Origin: Felis catus
Taxonomy: Eukaryota
Assembly: GCF_018350175.1 (NCBI RefSeq)
Contig: NC_058382.1
Location: 8,370,001 to 8,434,000 of the forward strand
Reading direction: 5' to 3'
DNA: 64,000 nucleotides
Each line of letters begins with the position of its first letter. Positions within the stretch are counted from its first letter, which is position 1. Made by a program: the position numbers and the translations under genes. Shown here in pieces: positions 21,201 to 32,800 of the stretch. The notes beneath the pieces are model-generated. The model was given only the letters and a program-made list of their open reading frames with translations, ran no database searches and was not told where the DNA came from.

Positions 21201-24200
21201 ATGCCCCTAGCCCCTAACTGCTACTCTGCTTCCTGTTTCTGCGGATTTGCCTTCTCTGGATATTCCACGTGACTCGGGACCCCACAACACGTGGCCTCTT
21301 TGGCTGGCTTCTTTCACCCAAGATGGTGGTTTGCTTTTTACATTTCTTTTTCACTGTTTACTTATTTTTGAGATGAGAGAGAGAGAGAGAGAGAGAGAAA
21401 GCGCAGGCTGGGGAGGGGCAGAGAGAGAGAGAAAGCCCGAGGATCTGAAGCAAGCTCTGAGCTGTCAGCACAGAGCCCAATGCAGGGCTCGAACTGATAA
21501 ACTCTGAGATCATGACCTGAGCCGAAGTTGGACGCTTCACCGACTGAGCCACCCAGGCGCCCCCAACATGGCGTTTCTGGAGCTCATCCAAGTTGTAGCA
21601 CGTATCAATCGTTCCTTTTTGTGCTGTAGGACATTCCATTGTCTGGAGAGGCTACGTTTTGTCTCTGTTCATTACCACTTGACACATTCCGTTTGTTTCA
21701 GCCTTCTGGTTACTGTGCACAGTGCCGCTGAGGCAGCTTCCCGTACCTGATTTTGTCTGAACACCCGCCTTCACTTCTTTTAGGCAAATGTACCCAGGAG
21801 CGGAATGGCTGGGTCATACGGCAACTCTCTGGGTAACCTCTTGACGGACCACCAAACTGTTTGTCACGGTGGTTGTGCCATTTTACGTTCTCACCAGCCA
21901 CACGTGAGGGCTGTCCTACTGACTTTGACATGCGGCTTCATAAAACCCATTCTCCTGGGGCGACTGGGTGGCTCAGTCGGCTGAGCGTCTAATTTCAGCT
22001 CGGGTCGTGATCTTGAGTCCCTGGGTTTGAGCCCCACGTCGGGCTCCGTGCTGACAGCTCAGAGCCTGGAGCCTGCTTTGGCTTCTGTGTCCCTCTCTCT
22101 CTCCCTGTCTCTCTCTCAAAAATAAATAAACATTAAAAAGCAAAGCAAAGCAAAACAAAACGAAGCGAAACAAAACAAAAGAATCTGTTCTCCTCCATGC
22201 AGAAGTGACCTTAGGTGAACTTTTCTAATACTCAGGGAACCTGAGACAATTCAGCTGTATTACCAGACAACAATGACCCCTGAATGGTCCACTGCACCTG
22301 AACGGGACAACTGGGGACACACCCTAAATATCCAATGGGAAGCCAGGGCACTGAGGCTGTCTGGAGTTGTCTGCATTCTTTTTTTTTTTTTTTATGTTTA
22401 TGTATTTTTTTTTAATTTTTTTAACGTTTATTTATTTATGAGACAGAGAGAGACAGAGCATGAACAGGGGAGGGGCAGAGAGAGAGGGAGACACAGAATC
22501 TGAAACAGGCTCCAGGCTCTGAGCTGTCAGCACAGAGCCCGACGCGGGGCTCGAACTCATGGACCGTGAGATCATGACCTGAGCCGAAGTCGGACGCTTA
22601 ACCGACCAAGCCACCCAGGCGCCCCTATGTTTATGTATTTTTGAGAGACAGAGAGAGCATGAGCAGGGGAGGGGCAGACAGAGAGGGGGACAGAGGATCT
22701 GAACTCTGAAGTGGGCTCTGTGCTGACAGCAGTGAGCCTGAGGGTGGGGCTCGAACTCACGAACCGGGAGATCGTGACCTGAACTGAAGTTGGACGCTCA
22801 ACCCACTGAGCCCCCCAGGTGCCCAGAGTCCTCTGCATTCCTGTGATGGGGCATATACCTTGGGGCGTACAAGACTCTGGAAGCAACGCCCATGACACTG
22901 TATTAGGCACCATCGGGTTCTTTTTGGAAGGTGGGGTTTCTAAGCCGGGTAGTCCCTGCACCCAACCGTGTGATGGCATTCCCTGCCCCCTCGGCGGCCG
23001 CCACTTAGAGGAGCAGTGTGGACCCCCAGTGAAGACACAGGCCCCACAGGTGCAGCTTCTTGGGCTGAGCCCCAGGCGCGGCACGTAGGCATTGCCAAGG
23101 GGGCAGCAGTGTGTGGATTCGAAACCCCGTTCTGGGACTGAGCGGTGCAACCTTAGCCAGGGTATTATCACACTCTGGTCCCCGCAAGGTCATCTGAAAG
23201 ATGGGGATAATCCCAGCCCCTCCCTACTTCACAGGGTTGTGGCGAGGATGAAATGGATCAATGCACGTGACACGCTGAGAGCAGCACTGCGTAAGACTTG
23301 CTCTTAATCTCTCCCTCCCCGTCTGCTTCAGATTTCTCTCCCTGCTCCTGTCCCCCCCAAAATCCTCGCTAAATCCGAGTCACGCTTCCCATTTTTTCCT
23401 TCCACAGATGTTCTCTCTCTTCTCTTAGCATCCCAAATGCCCCATTCTCCTAATCTTTCTCTTACCCTGCCAACTGGCTCTTCGTATGGGGCTGGCACAC
23501 GAACGGTGAGATCATGACCTGAGCCGAAATCAAGAGTCAGACGCTTAACAGACTGAGCCCCCCCAGGCACCCTGACATTGGATGATATTAAAGAATGGCC
23601 CCTAGGGGCACGGCTGGCTGGCTCACTCAGTAGAATGTGTGACTCCTGGTCTCAGGGTTGTGAGTTCCAGCCCCACGTTGAGCGTGGAGCCTACTTAAAA
23701 ATATTCAAAAAATTAAAGACTTGGCTGCTAGTGTGAAGTGTGAAAAATGGCCAGGTGGGTTATGTTATCAAGTGAGTTCTTATCAGTTAGAAAAGACGAT
23801 TCAAATATTTATGGGAAGATAACATGACATCTGGGATTTAAATCATTCCAGAAAAAAGAGAAAACCAAAGACTACAACTCTGGCCCAAATGTTGACGATT
23901 CCTGAAGCTGAAGTAAATAGCGATTCATAGTATCAAGTTCTCTGTGGAAGTTTGCAAATCCCCCCCTCCCAAAGAAAAACAAAACCCTAAAAGAATGTCT
24001 ACGGGGTCCTGGCAGGTCACGCTAGTGTGAGAAGAGGGCCTGGTGGAGACTGGGAACTCACAACTTGCCTAAAAAAGACAGTCACTATTGGATCCAGATG
24101 ATTTTTGTCAGGGAATGTGAGCCAAACATTGCCAAATTTTGGGATTTTATTTTCAAAAGAAGCTGGAATCCTGGGATGTTTCCATGGAATTAGTTGACCA

Positions 24201-25932
24201 CGAATTCACATTTTCAAAAATAAAGTTCGGGCCAAAGAAAACAATTTGTTGGATGAATCGGGCCCACATGTTGTAAGGTCGAGACCTTTGCTTGGGAGGC
24301 TGTGGGGGAACCGCGAATCCGAGGGTTCAGGTTCAAATCTCAGCTTTACCTATTTTAAACCGTGTTGGCCGTGGGCAAATTACTTACCCCCTGAAGCCTC
24401 CGTGTGCTATCACTAAAAGGACGACAACCATCCCCTCCCACAGCTGTTCTGGGGATTAAAGGAGATCACACTGAGCACAGAGGCTGGCACATAGAAAGCA
24501 CCCAGTAAATATAAGCTATTTCTACATTATTGCTATTTCAGTATATTCCATCTCAAGCCCACCTTCAAGTGTGGGAATTCTGTGTGCTCTGTCCCAGATC
24601 ATCACTCCCACCGTCCAATGGTCTTACGGTGGTGACTCCCAGGTCCCTGTCTCCAGTCCTGAAAGGCTCAAGCCCAAGTAACATCAGACTCCTGCACATA
24701 ACTCAAGGCTGTCCCCGGGTCCCTCACACTTTCACCATGCGATAATCACGCTCAGGGTCTTTCCTTGCAACTCTAGTCCTCCTGGGTTCCTCCCTGGTGG
24801 TGGTGGTGGAGGGATGGAGACACAGCTGGACCCCAGGCATTGCCCTTGCCCTCTCAACTCCTCAGACGGTTCCCCTGCCTCATCCCCTCCTATCCACCTT
24901 ATCCATTTTCACAGCGGGCTCCTGGCTCTGACCTCATCTTCTTCCACTTGGACCACGGTTCTAGACTCCTCTTCTCTCCTTGAAGAGAAGCCCAAGCTTC
25001 TCATTCCTGGGTGCTAGAAGACCCTGTGCGATCACGAGAGCCCCAATGAGGGAATTCTGAGGGGGCTAGGTAATTACAGGATATTCCAGCCACCCTACTT
25101 CTCCCTAAGAACCACAAGAGGTTCTGGGGGGACCCTGAGGGATCACAGAAGTCTCATGAGGCTTTGAAGAGGCCCTGAAGAATCACGGGAGCCCCATGGG
25201 GGGTATTCTGAGATGGGTGAGGGGGTCATGGGAGCCCCATGGGGATATTCTGGGGGGTGTAGGTTAATTACAGTTTAGTTCTGATGTATTCTGGAGTTCT
25301 GAGTTCACAAGATCCTAGGAGACCCTCAAGTATTGGTGGGGGCCTTGAGGAATCCCGGGACTCCATGGGAAGGCGCGGGGGGAGGGGGGGAGACTCAGGA
25401 TCATGGGAGCTACAGGATGTTCTGGGGAAGTCTATGGGGCTTCTGAGGGTCCTTGGAAGATCAAGGGAGCCCCACAGGAATTTCGAGTCCCGGGGGATCC
25501 CGGGAAGTTCTGAGGGGGCTGGAAGAATCACGGGAGCCTCCGGGGAATCCGAGGCCTCGAAGGACTCGGGGAAACGCCATCCCAAGTAGGTACCAGGGAG
25601 CAGGAGAGCTACCACCAAACAACGGAAGAGGATCCAGGGTTAAGACGAAGCAACCGCAAAGGCTTAAGGGAATGCCCTTCTAGGGTGGGTCCCAAGGGGT
25701 GGCGAGAATCACGGGAACCGAGAAGGGCGGAGCTGCTGAGCTGCCGCGGTGGATCACGGGAGTCCGCGCGCTAAACTGGACCTGGATGCCTGGTTGGGGG
25801 AGAGGGGGCGGGAATGGGCAGCGCTGAACGGCAGGCCCTCACCAATGCGCATGCGTGGCTCTCAGGCACAGGTCCGTACTCCAGCGTGGTGAAGATCTCT
25901 CGGGTGCTGCGCTGTGCGTGCGTCGCAGCCAT
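10568..25932 (-). CDS. ALDH16A1: Aldehyde dehydrogenase 16 family member A1, complete 17-exon CDS, 802 aa
   Basis: Exons 25932-25843, 20685-20583, 20057-19931, 19215-19037, 18950-18873, 18247-18066, 17983-17831, 17353-17168, 16612-16517, 16325-16189, 15989-15884, 15793-15663, 15369-15202, 14935-14734, 11889-11704, 11423-11301 and 10729-10568 sum to 2409 nt. The protein starts [30 protein letters not shown] and ends [11 protein letters not shown]. Confidence 0.97.
12015..12200 (+). mobile_element. MIR SINE
   Basis: MIR core: cccagctctgccacttaccagctgtgtgaccttggg...ttacttaacctctctgggcctcagtttcc. Confidence 0.85.
12572..12802 (-). mobile_element. Young Can-SINE with an 18-bp TSD, inside an old L1 fragment; further SINEs at 12860-13069, 13310-13532, 13600-13827 and 13992-14470
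   Basis: TSD ccctcctgcctccatttg at 12554-12571 and 12803-12820; near-consensus SINEC_Fc body. Confidence 0.92.
18442..18702. repeat. MSR1-like ~37-bp GC-rich minisatellite (CCCCTCCTCCCTCAGACCCAGGAGTCC...); also at 17015-17135, 32540-32590, 44510-44590, 45690-45850 and 48320-48430
   Basis: Tandem units are directly visible, and the arrays abut the N gaps at 16628-17014, 18275-18441 and 18703-18848. Confidence 0.85.
19759..19900 (+). repeat. Inverted duplicate of the ALDH16A1 exon 4 end, intron 4 and exon 5 start (partner 18923-19064)
   Basis: Ungapped 142-bp reverse-complement alignment with 6 mismatches. Confidence 0.95.
20156..22823. mobile_element. Cluster of Can-SINEs (20156-20335 +, 20856-21040 +, 21340-21564 -, 21957-22180 +, 22391-22823 - nested pair) and an L1 fragment (~21045-21930 -) in ALDH16A1 introns 1-2
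   Basis: SINE heads and tails; antisense L1 3' motifs (ggaatggctgggtcata, accaaactgttt...ccattttac). Confidence 0.8.
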
Positions 25933-26870
25933 CACTCGCCCGGACCGCTTTCCACGAAGGAGTGCGGGGCGCTCTGCCCAGAGGAACCTTGAGGTCGAAG
26001 GGCGACACCGCCCCCTCCAGCCCAAAGGGCGGGGCTACGGGAGATAGAGCGTAACCCCACCTTAGACCCGGTGGCCCCGCCCATGCCCCCCAAGCTGGGA
26101 AGTGTAGTTTGGAGCATGCGCAGTCCTCAAAGTGGGGGCGGCGGGGAACCGAGATGTGGGCGCCTGGCCGGTAGTTAGGTGTGCTCTAGATTTAGAAGAA
26201 TGACCGTGTGGTTCTTCCCGCCACCCTTTTTATACTGAGGACCAGAAGTATATTTAGTCCGAAGTGTATTTACTAGAGAATCGAATCTAGCTCTGGGACG
26301 AAGCGATAGTTCAGAGATCAGAAGGGAATCTTTTACGATGGACACTGAAATGAAGGTTTTGAAAGTGTGCCAGTCTGGACTGCCCCGTAGTTTGGCTAGA
26401 TGTTGTTGGGAAGGAGAAATACGGCTTTAATCGGCACAGGAAGTGTGGCATTTAGAACCTAGGTTCAGGATTTGGTTTTGATTGGTTGAGGTGAGAGGCG
26501 GGGCTTAATCCTTAGATTATGATTGGTCGGAACGTAATGAGGTTGCAGGATTGGTGAATGAGCTTTTGAGGCAGACGGAAGCGTGGTCGGCCGAAGTCCT
26601 TGGTTACATAGTGACTAGAAGCGTGGCTGTCATTTACATAGCACGTAGGACGTAGAGAGCATCTGGAAATATTGGCTCCAAACAGATTTGACAGCCGTAT
26701 CTGGTCTGAGTGGAATTACAGTTTCAGGACAGATTCTTAGACTTTCATACGGAATAGTGGGCACCAGGAGCCGGGGGTGGGTCTGGCAGCAGGCTCCACA
26801 ATTCGCATCCTGGAGAAGGTTCCCGCTCACGTCGGAGTTACTGAGGACGCCTAGGTCTTTTCCCCAGGGC
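25933..26870. promoter_or_regulatory. Bidirectional CpG promoter of ALDH16A1 and PIH1D1
   Basis: The start codons are 940 bp apart head-to-head. Motifs include GC boxes, ZNF143-type TGGGAAGTGTAGTTT (26096-26110), NRF1 GCATGCGCA (26114-26122) and several ATTGG boxes (26470-26555). Confidence 0.85.
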
Positions 26871-26871
26871 C

Positions 26872-27017
26872 ATGGCGGACTCGAAGCTGCTGGTGCCCGA
26901 GCTAAACGAGGCAGAGAAGATGGGCGCTGAGACCATGCGTTTCGAGGAGCTACTGCGGCAGGTGCGGACTGACCGGCCTCCGGGTCCTGGGTCCCTGGGT
27001 CCCTGGGTATTCTGGGG

Positions 27018-27068
<51 letters not shown>

Positions 27069-30000
27069 GTGTATATGTGTGTACGCCCGCGGGTGCTCTG
27101 AGATGGGACTACATTCCCGGAAGGCACTACGTGGGATTGTAGTTGGTTAGCTCCAAGTTTGCTAGGATCTGGAAGAAATGCAGATGGGGTTGGGATTGTT
27201 CATAGGGGTCCTCAAAGGAGGAGAGGGACATAGTATGTCTTATTCTGCTCATATCTCACATGCACAAAATTTCTCCATAAACTTTTGAAGAACAAATGAG
27301 GGTCTGATAGCATAGACACCGTGACTGGAGGGTGTTTTCCTTCACACAGGCCTCCAAGGAGCTCCAGCAAGCCCAGACAAGCAGACCAGAATCCACACAG
27401 ATCCAACCTCAACCTGGTAAGAAAGGCAGAAAGCCAGAGAGAGAGGGATTGAGTCTCAGAGAGAGGTGGACAGAGACTGGGGGCAGGGGACAGAGACAGA
27501 GGAGGCAGGAGAGAGGCAGAATGATGGAGTATAGAGGTCTTTGGCAGGGAGAGGGGGAGGGACCAAGAGCTAAAGAGAGAAGGAGGAGGACAGGAGTGAC
27601 TGGGGGACAGACTCAAAGATAGAAGGAGAGTCAGAGATCCCAGGAATGGGGAGGGGAGCAGGCCCAGAAAGCAGAGGACTGAGACTCAAAGCAGGGACAG
27701 ATCAAGGGAAGGACAGTGATGCACACAGAGGCAGACATCAGGACAAACCCATTTCCACCAGGTTTCTGCATAAAGACCAACTCCTCCGAAGGGAAGGTTT
27801 TCATCAACATCTGTCACTCCCCTTCCATCCCTCCTCCGGCTGATGTGACCGAGGATGAGCTGCTTCAAATGCTGGAGGAAGACCAAGCCGGGTTTCGCAT
27901 CCCCATGAGCCTGGGAGAGCCTCATGCAGAACTGGACGCAAGTCAGTGCCCTCGGGGGACCCAGGAAGCTAGCTCCCTGGGTCCTTTCTTCCCTAGGATC
28001 CAAGATCCAGGGCCCAAGATCCCCCTCCCCCCTTTCCCCCTAGAAATCTGGCCCCCTTTTCCTTGTGACATAAACCTAACCTCCTGGGCCTCCAGTGCCT
28101 GCTACACGGGGTAGTTCTGTCCTCGTTCTGCCCACCTGGCCAGGCTGGCACTTCTCCCTGCCCTACCCCACAGTGAGGGAGAGCTGGGCGGGTGTCCTCA
28201 TTAGCTGGCCAGACCAGCTCTCAGTCTTGTTCCTGTTTCCTTCTTCACTCTTCTCCCCTGTCTCTGTCTCTCTGCCTTGTCTCACGTGTCTCTGTTGAGT
28301 TTCTGTGTCTATATGCTTGCTTTTTCAATTAACGTATGTCCCCTGAAGCCTCCTGGGACCAAGCTTTGGGCAGTGCCCTGGGGAGTAGGGACTGATCCAA
28401 CCCAGAACTTGCCCTTGAGAGACTCCTAGTCTTAGGTGAGGGCAGAGAAGACAGATGCGATTTCATTATGGTGTGATCTTTGCTGCTCTGGAGTTGGAGG
28501 GGGGTGGGCTCTTTACCCGAACTGAGGAGTCAGGGAAGGCTTCCTGGAGGAGGTGGCAGATATAAGATGCAAAGGAACCGAAGGAGTGTGTCAGGCCAAG
28601 ACACAGAAGAGGGTTCTAGGCAGAGGGGACCGAGGAGTCCAGAGGCTGGAGAGAATGGTTGAATTGGATCGGTCAGTAATTGGAAGAGACTGGAAGAAAT
28701 TTAAAGGGACGAGGTCCCCAACAGAGAAGTGAGCTTCTCTTCAGGTGGGAGGAGCTGACCACACAGGGCCTCCAGCGCCAGACTGAAGGACACAAACCTT
28801 CGTCTGGGGCGCTGGGGAGCCATGGGAGGGCTGTGAGCAGGGAAGGGGCAGGGTCATTGCTGGGATGTGGTGGGAAAGGACCAGAGCAGTAGAGAGGAGG
28901 CTGGTATGACTGGCAAGAGCCCTCACTTTCTAATTGTCTCTGGGTCTTTCTGGTTCGTGTGGCCGCTGTCCTTTATCGTTTTTGCCTCGTCGTTATCTGG
29001 GCGGTGGGGTTCCTACCGAGGCCTGGGGGTCTCACCCCCTTTCTCTCCCCACAGAAGGCCAGGGTTGTACCGCCTACGACGTAGCGGTGAACAGCGACTT
29101 CTACCGGAGGATGCAGGTTGGGGGCGGGGCTGCGGGTGAGGCCTGGGCTGGGGCCACTCCCTCCATCCCGAGCCCTCCGGCAAATCTCCCTCTCTCACTT
29201 CTAGAACAGCGATTTCTTGCGGGAGCTCGTGGTCACCATCGCCAGGGAGGGCCTTGAGGACAAATACAGTCTTCAGCTGAACCCAGGTGAAGGGCGTGGC
29301 CTGCACTAGCGGGGACTCCGGGAGCCAGAGCAGCTCGGGGACAGCCCTTGGAAAAGGTGGTGCTGGTGTGGGCAGGGATTGTTTTGGTCCCTGGGTTGCG
29401 GGTTACAGGGAGAAGGCGGGTTACAGGGAGAAGGTGAGGCTTCCCAAGGTGGGGGTGGGGGTGGAGATGGGACTGGCCCAGGAGCCAGATAAGGGGCGGG
29501 GTCTGGCGAGCCAGAGGGCGGAGCCAGGAGCACCTCTGGCGACAGATCCCGCCCCCCATACCCCTAGAAGGGCGGGGCTAAAGTGGGCAGATTTCCTGAA
29601 GCCCAGCTCGGGGGTGTGGCCAGATCCCTGGCATCCTGGGAGGGGCGGAGACTTTCCCCTGAGGCTCTTGCTGCGTGGGGACCGCTAAGGAAAGCCAAGG
29701 GAACCCGCGCCTGAGCCACCTTTGACCCTGAGCTTCCTACTCACAGAATGGCGCATGTTGAAGAACCGACCTTTCCTGGGCTCCATCTCCCAGCAAAATA
29801 TCCGCTCCCAACAGCGTCCTCGGATCCAGGAGCTGGGAAACCTATACACTCCCGACTCCCCGAGACCTGAGGAAGGGTGGGCCTTCGCTGGGTTCTGTCT
29901 CTCTCATGTCTCCCCAGTAATTTTTGGAATCCCTCCCTCAATCCTGCCTCCCCATAGGAGGCGGTGTCCTGGGGCCCTGGGAACCCAGAGAGGGGGGAAG

Positions 30001-30382
30001 CAGGATGGCCACTGAGAAGGCTCCCCGAGGCAGCAGGGTTTGTAGGAGGGAGAAAGGGAAAGAATAGCCTTGGCAGAGACCTAGTGGGCTCTCCTCAGTT
30101 TTGGGTCTTGGTCTTTCGCAGCCCCGAGAAGCCTCACCTGAACCTTTGGCTGGAAGCCCCTGACCTCCTCTTGGCTGAAATTGACCTCCCCAAACTGGTG
30201 AGTGTACCTCTGACCAGAGTGGGAGAATGAGGTCTGGAAGGGTTGGGGTCTCCGAGGGAGACTGAGCTGGGCCTATGCAGACAGCGCTGAGCCTGGAGCC
30301 TGCTTTGGGTTCTGTGTCTCCTCCTTTCTCTGCCCTTACCCTGCTCGCGTGCTGTCTCTGTCTCAAAAATAAATAGACATTA

Positions 30383-30414
<32 letters not shown>

Positions 30415-30786
30415 CACAAGGCTTTTGTTCCTGGCCCATATTATCATTGGCCTATTGCTGGGAACGGAAGGGTGGGCCCACTCCATTAATATTCCCAGGA
30501 TGGAGCTCTGGGGCTGTCGCTGGAGATTGGGGAGAACCGGGTAGTGTTGGGGGGCCCCCAGCAGCTGTACCATCTGGATGCCTGTATCCCCCTGCGGATC
30601 AACTCTGAGGAGAGCAAAGCAGCCTTCCATAGGAAGAGAAAGGTACCTGGGGAGGTAGAGGGAGGTGTGCAGGGGGAGCGGGGGCGCTGGGGAGGCCTGG
30701 GCTCCTGGTCCTGAATCCTTGATCTGTTTCCCGTCTCTCCTCAGCAATTGATGGTGGCCATGCCCCTCCTGTCGGTGTCTTCTTGA
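26872..30786 (+). CDS. PIH1D1: PIH1 domain-containing protein 1 (R2TP complex subunit), 9 coding exons, 290 aa
   Basis: Exons 26872-26961, 27350-27416, 27762-27941, 29055-29116, 29205-29286, 29747-29876, 30122-30197, 30499-30642 and 30745-30786 sum to 873 nt. Contains GFCIKTNSSEGKVFINICHS and RIPMSLGEPHAELD. Confidence 0.97.
27019..27082. repeat. (TG)n microsatellite; others at 12223-12259 and 45314-45341
   Basis: Directly visible dinucleotide runs. Confidence 0.95.
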
Positions 30787-30847
30787 CCTGCTTTCTTTTC
30801 TGTGCTTCTAAGTGGAGAGAGGAGGCTCGTGGCTTCTCTAAAATGGA

Positions 30848-30853
30848 AATAAA
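30848..30853 (+). terminator. PIH1D1 polyA signal AATAAA (second candidate at 31280-31285)
   Basis: About 60 nt after the stop, followed by a GT/T-rich element. Confidence 0.8.
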
Positions 30854-32099
30854 AGATGTTTGCCTTTGTTCTGTGTCTGGCTAGGAATGCACGGGGAGCG
30901 GGAGGGAAAAGGGACATTGGACCGTGTCCTGGAGTCACAGAGAAGTCACTGTCCCCGCTGAGGCCTCAGCCTCTCCCCACCAGAGCCCCTCCCTGGCCGC
31001 CAGTCTCTCCCGTCGTGTTGCACACGGTCCCAGAGCCGACCCTCCCCTCTCCACTTCAGGGGTCCTCGGCTCCCCAGGGTCCCAGGAGAAGGTCCCAGAG
31101 CCCCCTGCAGCGCAGCACTCCAGGCCATGTGTGGTGTGGTCCCCTTTATGCTTCATTTTCTCCCTGTCCTTCCTGTCACTCAGTCCCAGCACAGTGAATG
31201 GTGTCCTGAGCACACCTGTGTTCTGCAGCCCCTCTTTAGTTTCTGCTGTACCCGCCCCCTCCCCTTAGTGTGCCTCGTCAATAAAACCGGAATTTTTTTA
31301 AATTTTAAATTAAAAATTGTTTGATGTTTATTATTTTTGAGGGAGAGAGAGAAAGAGACGGCGTGAGTGGGGGAGGGACAGAGAGAGAGGGAGACACAGA
31401 ATCCCAAGCAGGCTCCAGGCTCCGAGCTGTCAGCACAGAGCCCGTCGAGGGGCTCGAATTCACGAATTGTGAGATCGTGACCTGAGCTGAAGTCAGATGC
31501 TCAACCAGCTGAGCCACCCAGGCGCCCAAACCCAGGGAATTTCTAATTGCCCTCCCAGGGGGCCTTGCCCAAGTCCATTGGTGATCCGATGCATGCCATC
31601 ATCTCCAGCCTCCCCTGCGTCTCGTCCTGGAACAGTGCTTCATGTCACAATCACACAAAACTGTGTCCCACTTTCCAACTCGGCAAGCACCGTTTCCTGT
31701 ACCGCGGACACTCCCAAAGTCGTCCCTTTCAGTGAACTTTCTCTGGGAAGCTTTTCCAACTTCCAGCTGTCTCTGGTCTCCCCTGGCTGAGTTAGAATCC
31801 TCCTGTGGCAGTGGCAGTGTCTGGAACCAGTGTTACCTGGTTGTAGCTCCGCCCCTGTGGTGCGGTAACGCTTTACAATGAGCAGGAACTCAAAAAAGGA
31901 GTTCATGAACGAATGCTAACTCTCTCCTTCCATAGTGAGTCCTAAGAGGATAGGTAAACGGAGGGGCCTCAGTGGTAAACGTTGGAAGAACGGCGAGACC
32001 AGTGCGGTTGGAATGGAGTCAATGAGGTCGGGTGGCAAGGAGCAGATGGTGGGTGAGAAGGTGAAAAGGTAGCGGGGATGATCTCGGGTAGGGTCTGTT

Positions 32100-32800
32100 G
32101 GACCTGAAGGAGCGAGCGTGGGCTCCGGCGTCCACCAGAGGGCGCCTCGCAGCCTCAGGCTGTTGTCTCAAAACTACAACTCCCAGCGGCCCTCGGGGAG
32201 CGCGGCTCTTCTGAAGCGCACGGTGAGGTCCAGCGACCGCTGGGACTTGTAGTTAGCACGGGGACCCTCCGTGGGAGGCCGAAGAACTCTTTTTCAGGTC
32301 CCCAAAAAAGTGTGGAGCTGGGTCCTTTCCGCCTTCTTCGGTCTCCATGGTGACGGTTCCGGCGCAGGCCCGGGATTTGGCAGCGGCCGGGGCCCCCCTC
32401 CCACTGCCTCCTCTTCACCATCTGCTCCACCTTCACACCTGGCCCGGAGCCGCGGCCGCCGCCTCCGCACCCGGGCCGGGGATTCTGCCGCCACAGGGTG
32501 GCGCTGGTGGACGGCTCCGCGGGCTACTCCTCCCACAGACCCGGGAGTCCGGGTCTCCACCCCTCCTCCCTCAGATCCTGAGGTCCCGGCCCCCAAACCA
32601 CCACCCCTTGCCAGGGATGCGGGGGGTTCTCAAACACTGGCAAAACTGTGAGCCCCAGGGACCCAATGGGACAAGGCGATAAACGGGAGGCCGCGGTGGG
32701 CAGTGGCTGCCGGGCCACCGGGTCAGTGGCGCCCGCCCGCCGCGCCGGCTGCTCCCTCCCAATCCACTTGAGGGCCTGTGCCACATCATGAAAATTTAAT
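32100..32800. promoter_or_regulatory. Orphan CpG island with a CTCF motif and paired ZNF143 motifs
   Basis: CCACCAGAGGGCGC at 32132-32145, AACTACAACTCCCAGC at 32172 and CTGGGACTTGTAGTT at 32240-32254. Confidence 0.65.

Noticed and set aside
29480-29660. Clusters of GGGGCGGGG GC boxes in PIH1D1, SLC17A7 and GFY introns
   Set aside because: Common in this very GC-rich isochore; no independent promoter evidence.
29938-30747. 269-aa - strand ORF with poly-Cys
   Set aside because: Antisense to PIH1D1 and runs through a SINE with a (CAA)n tail.
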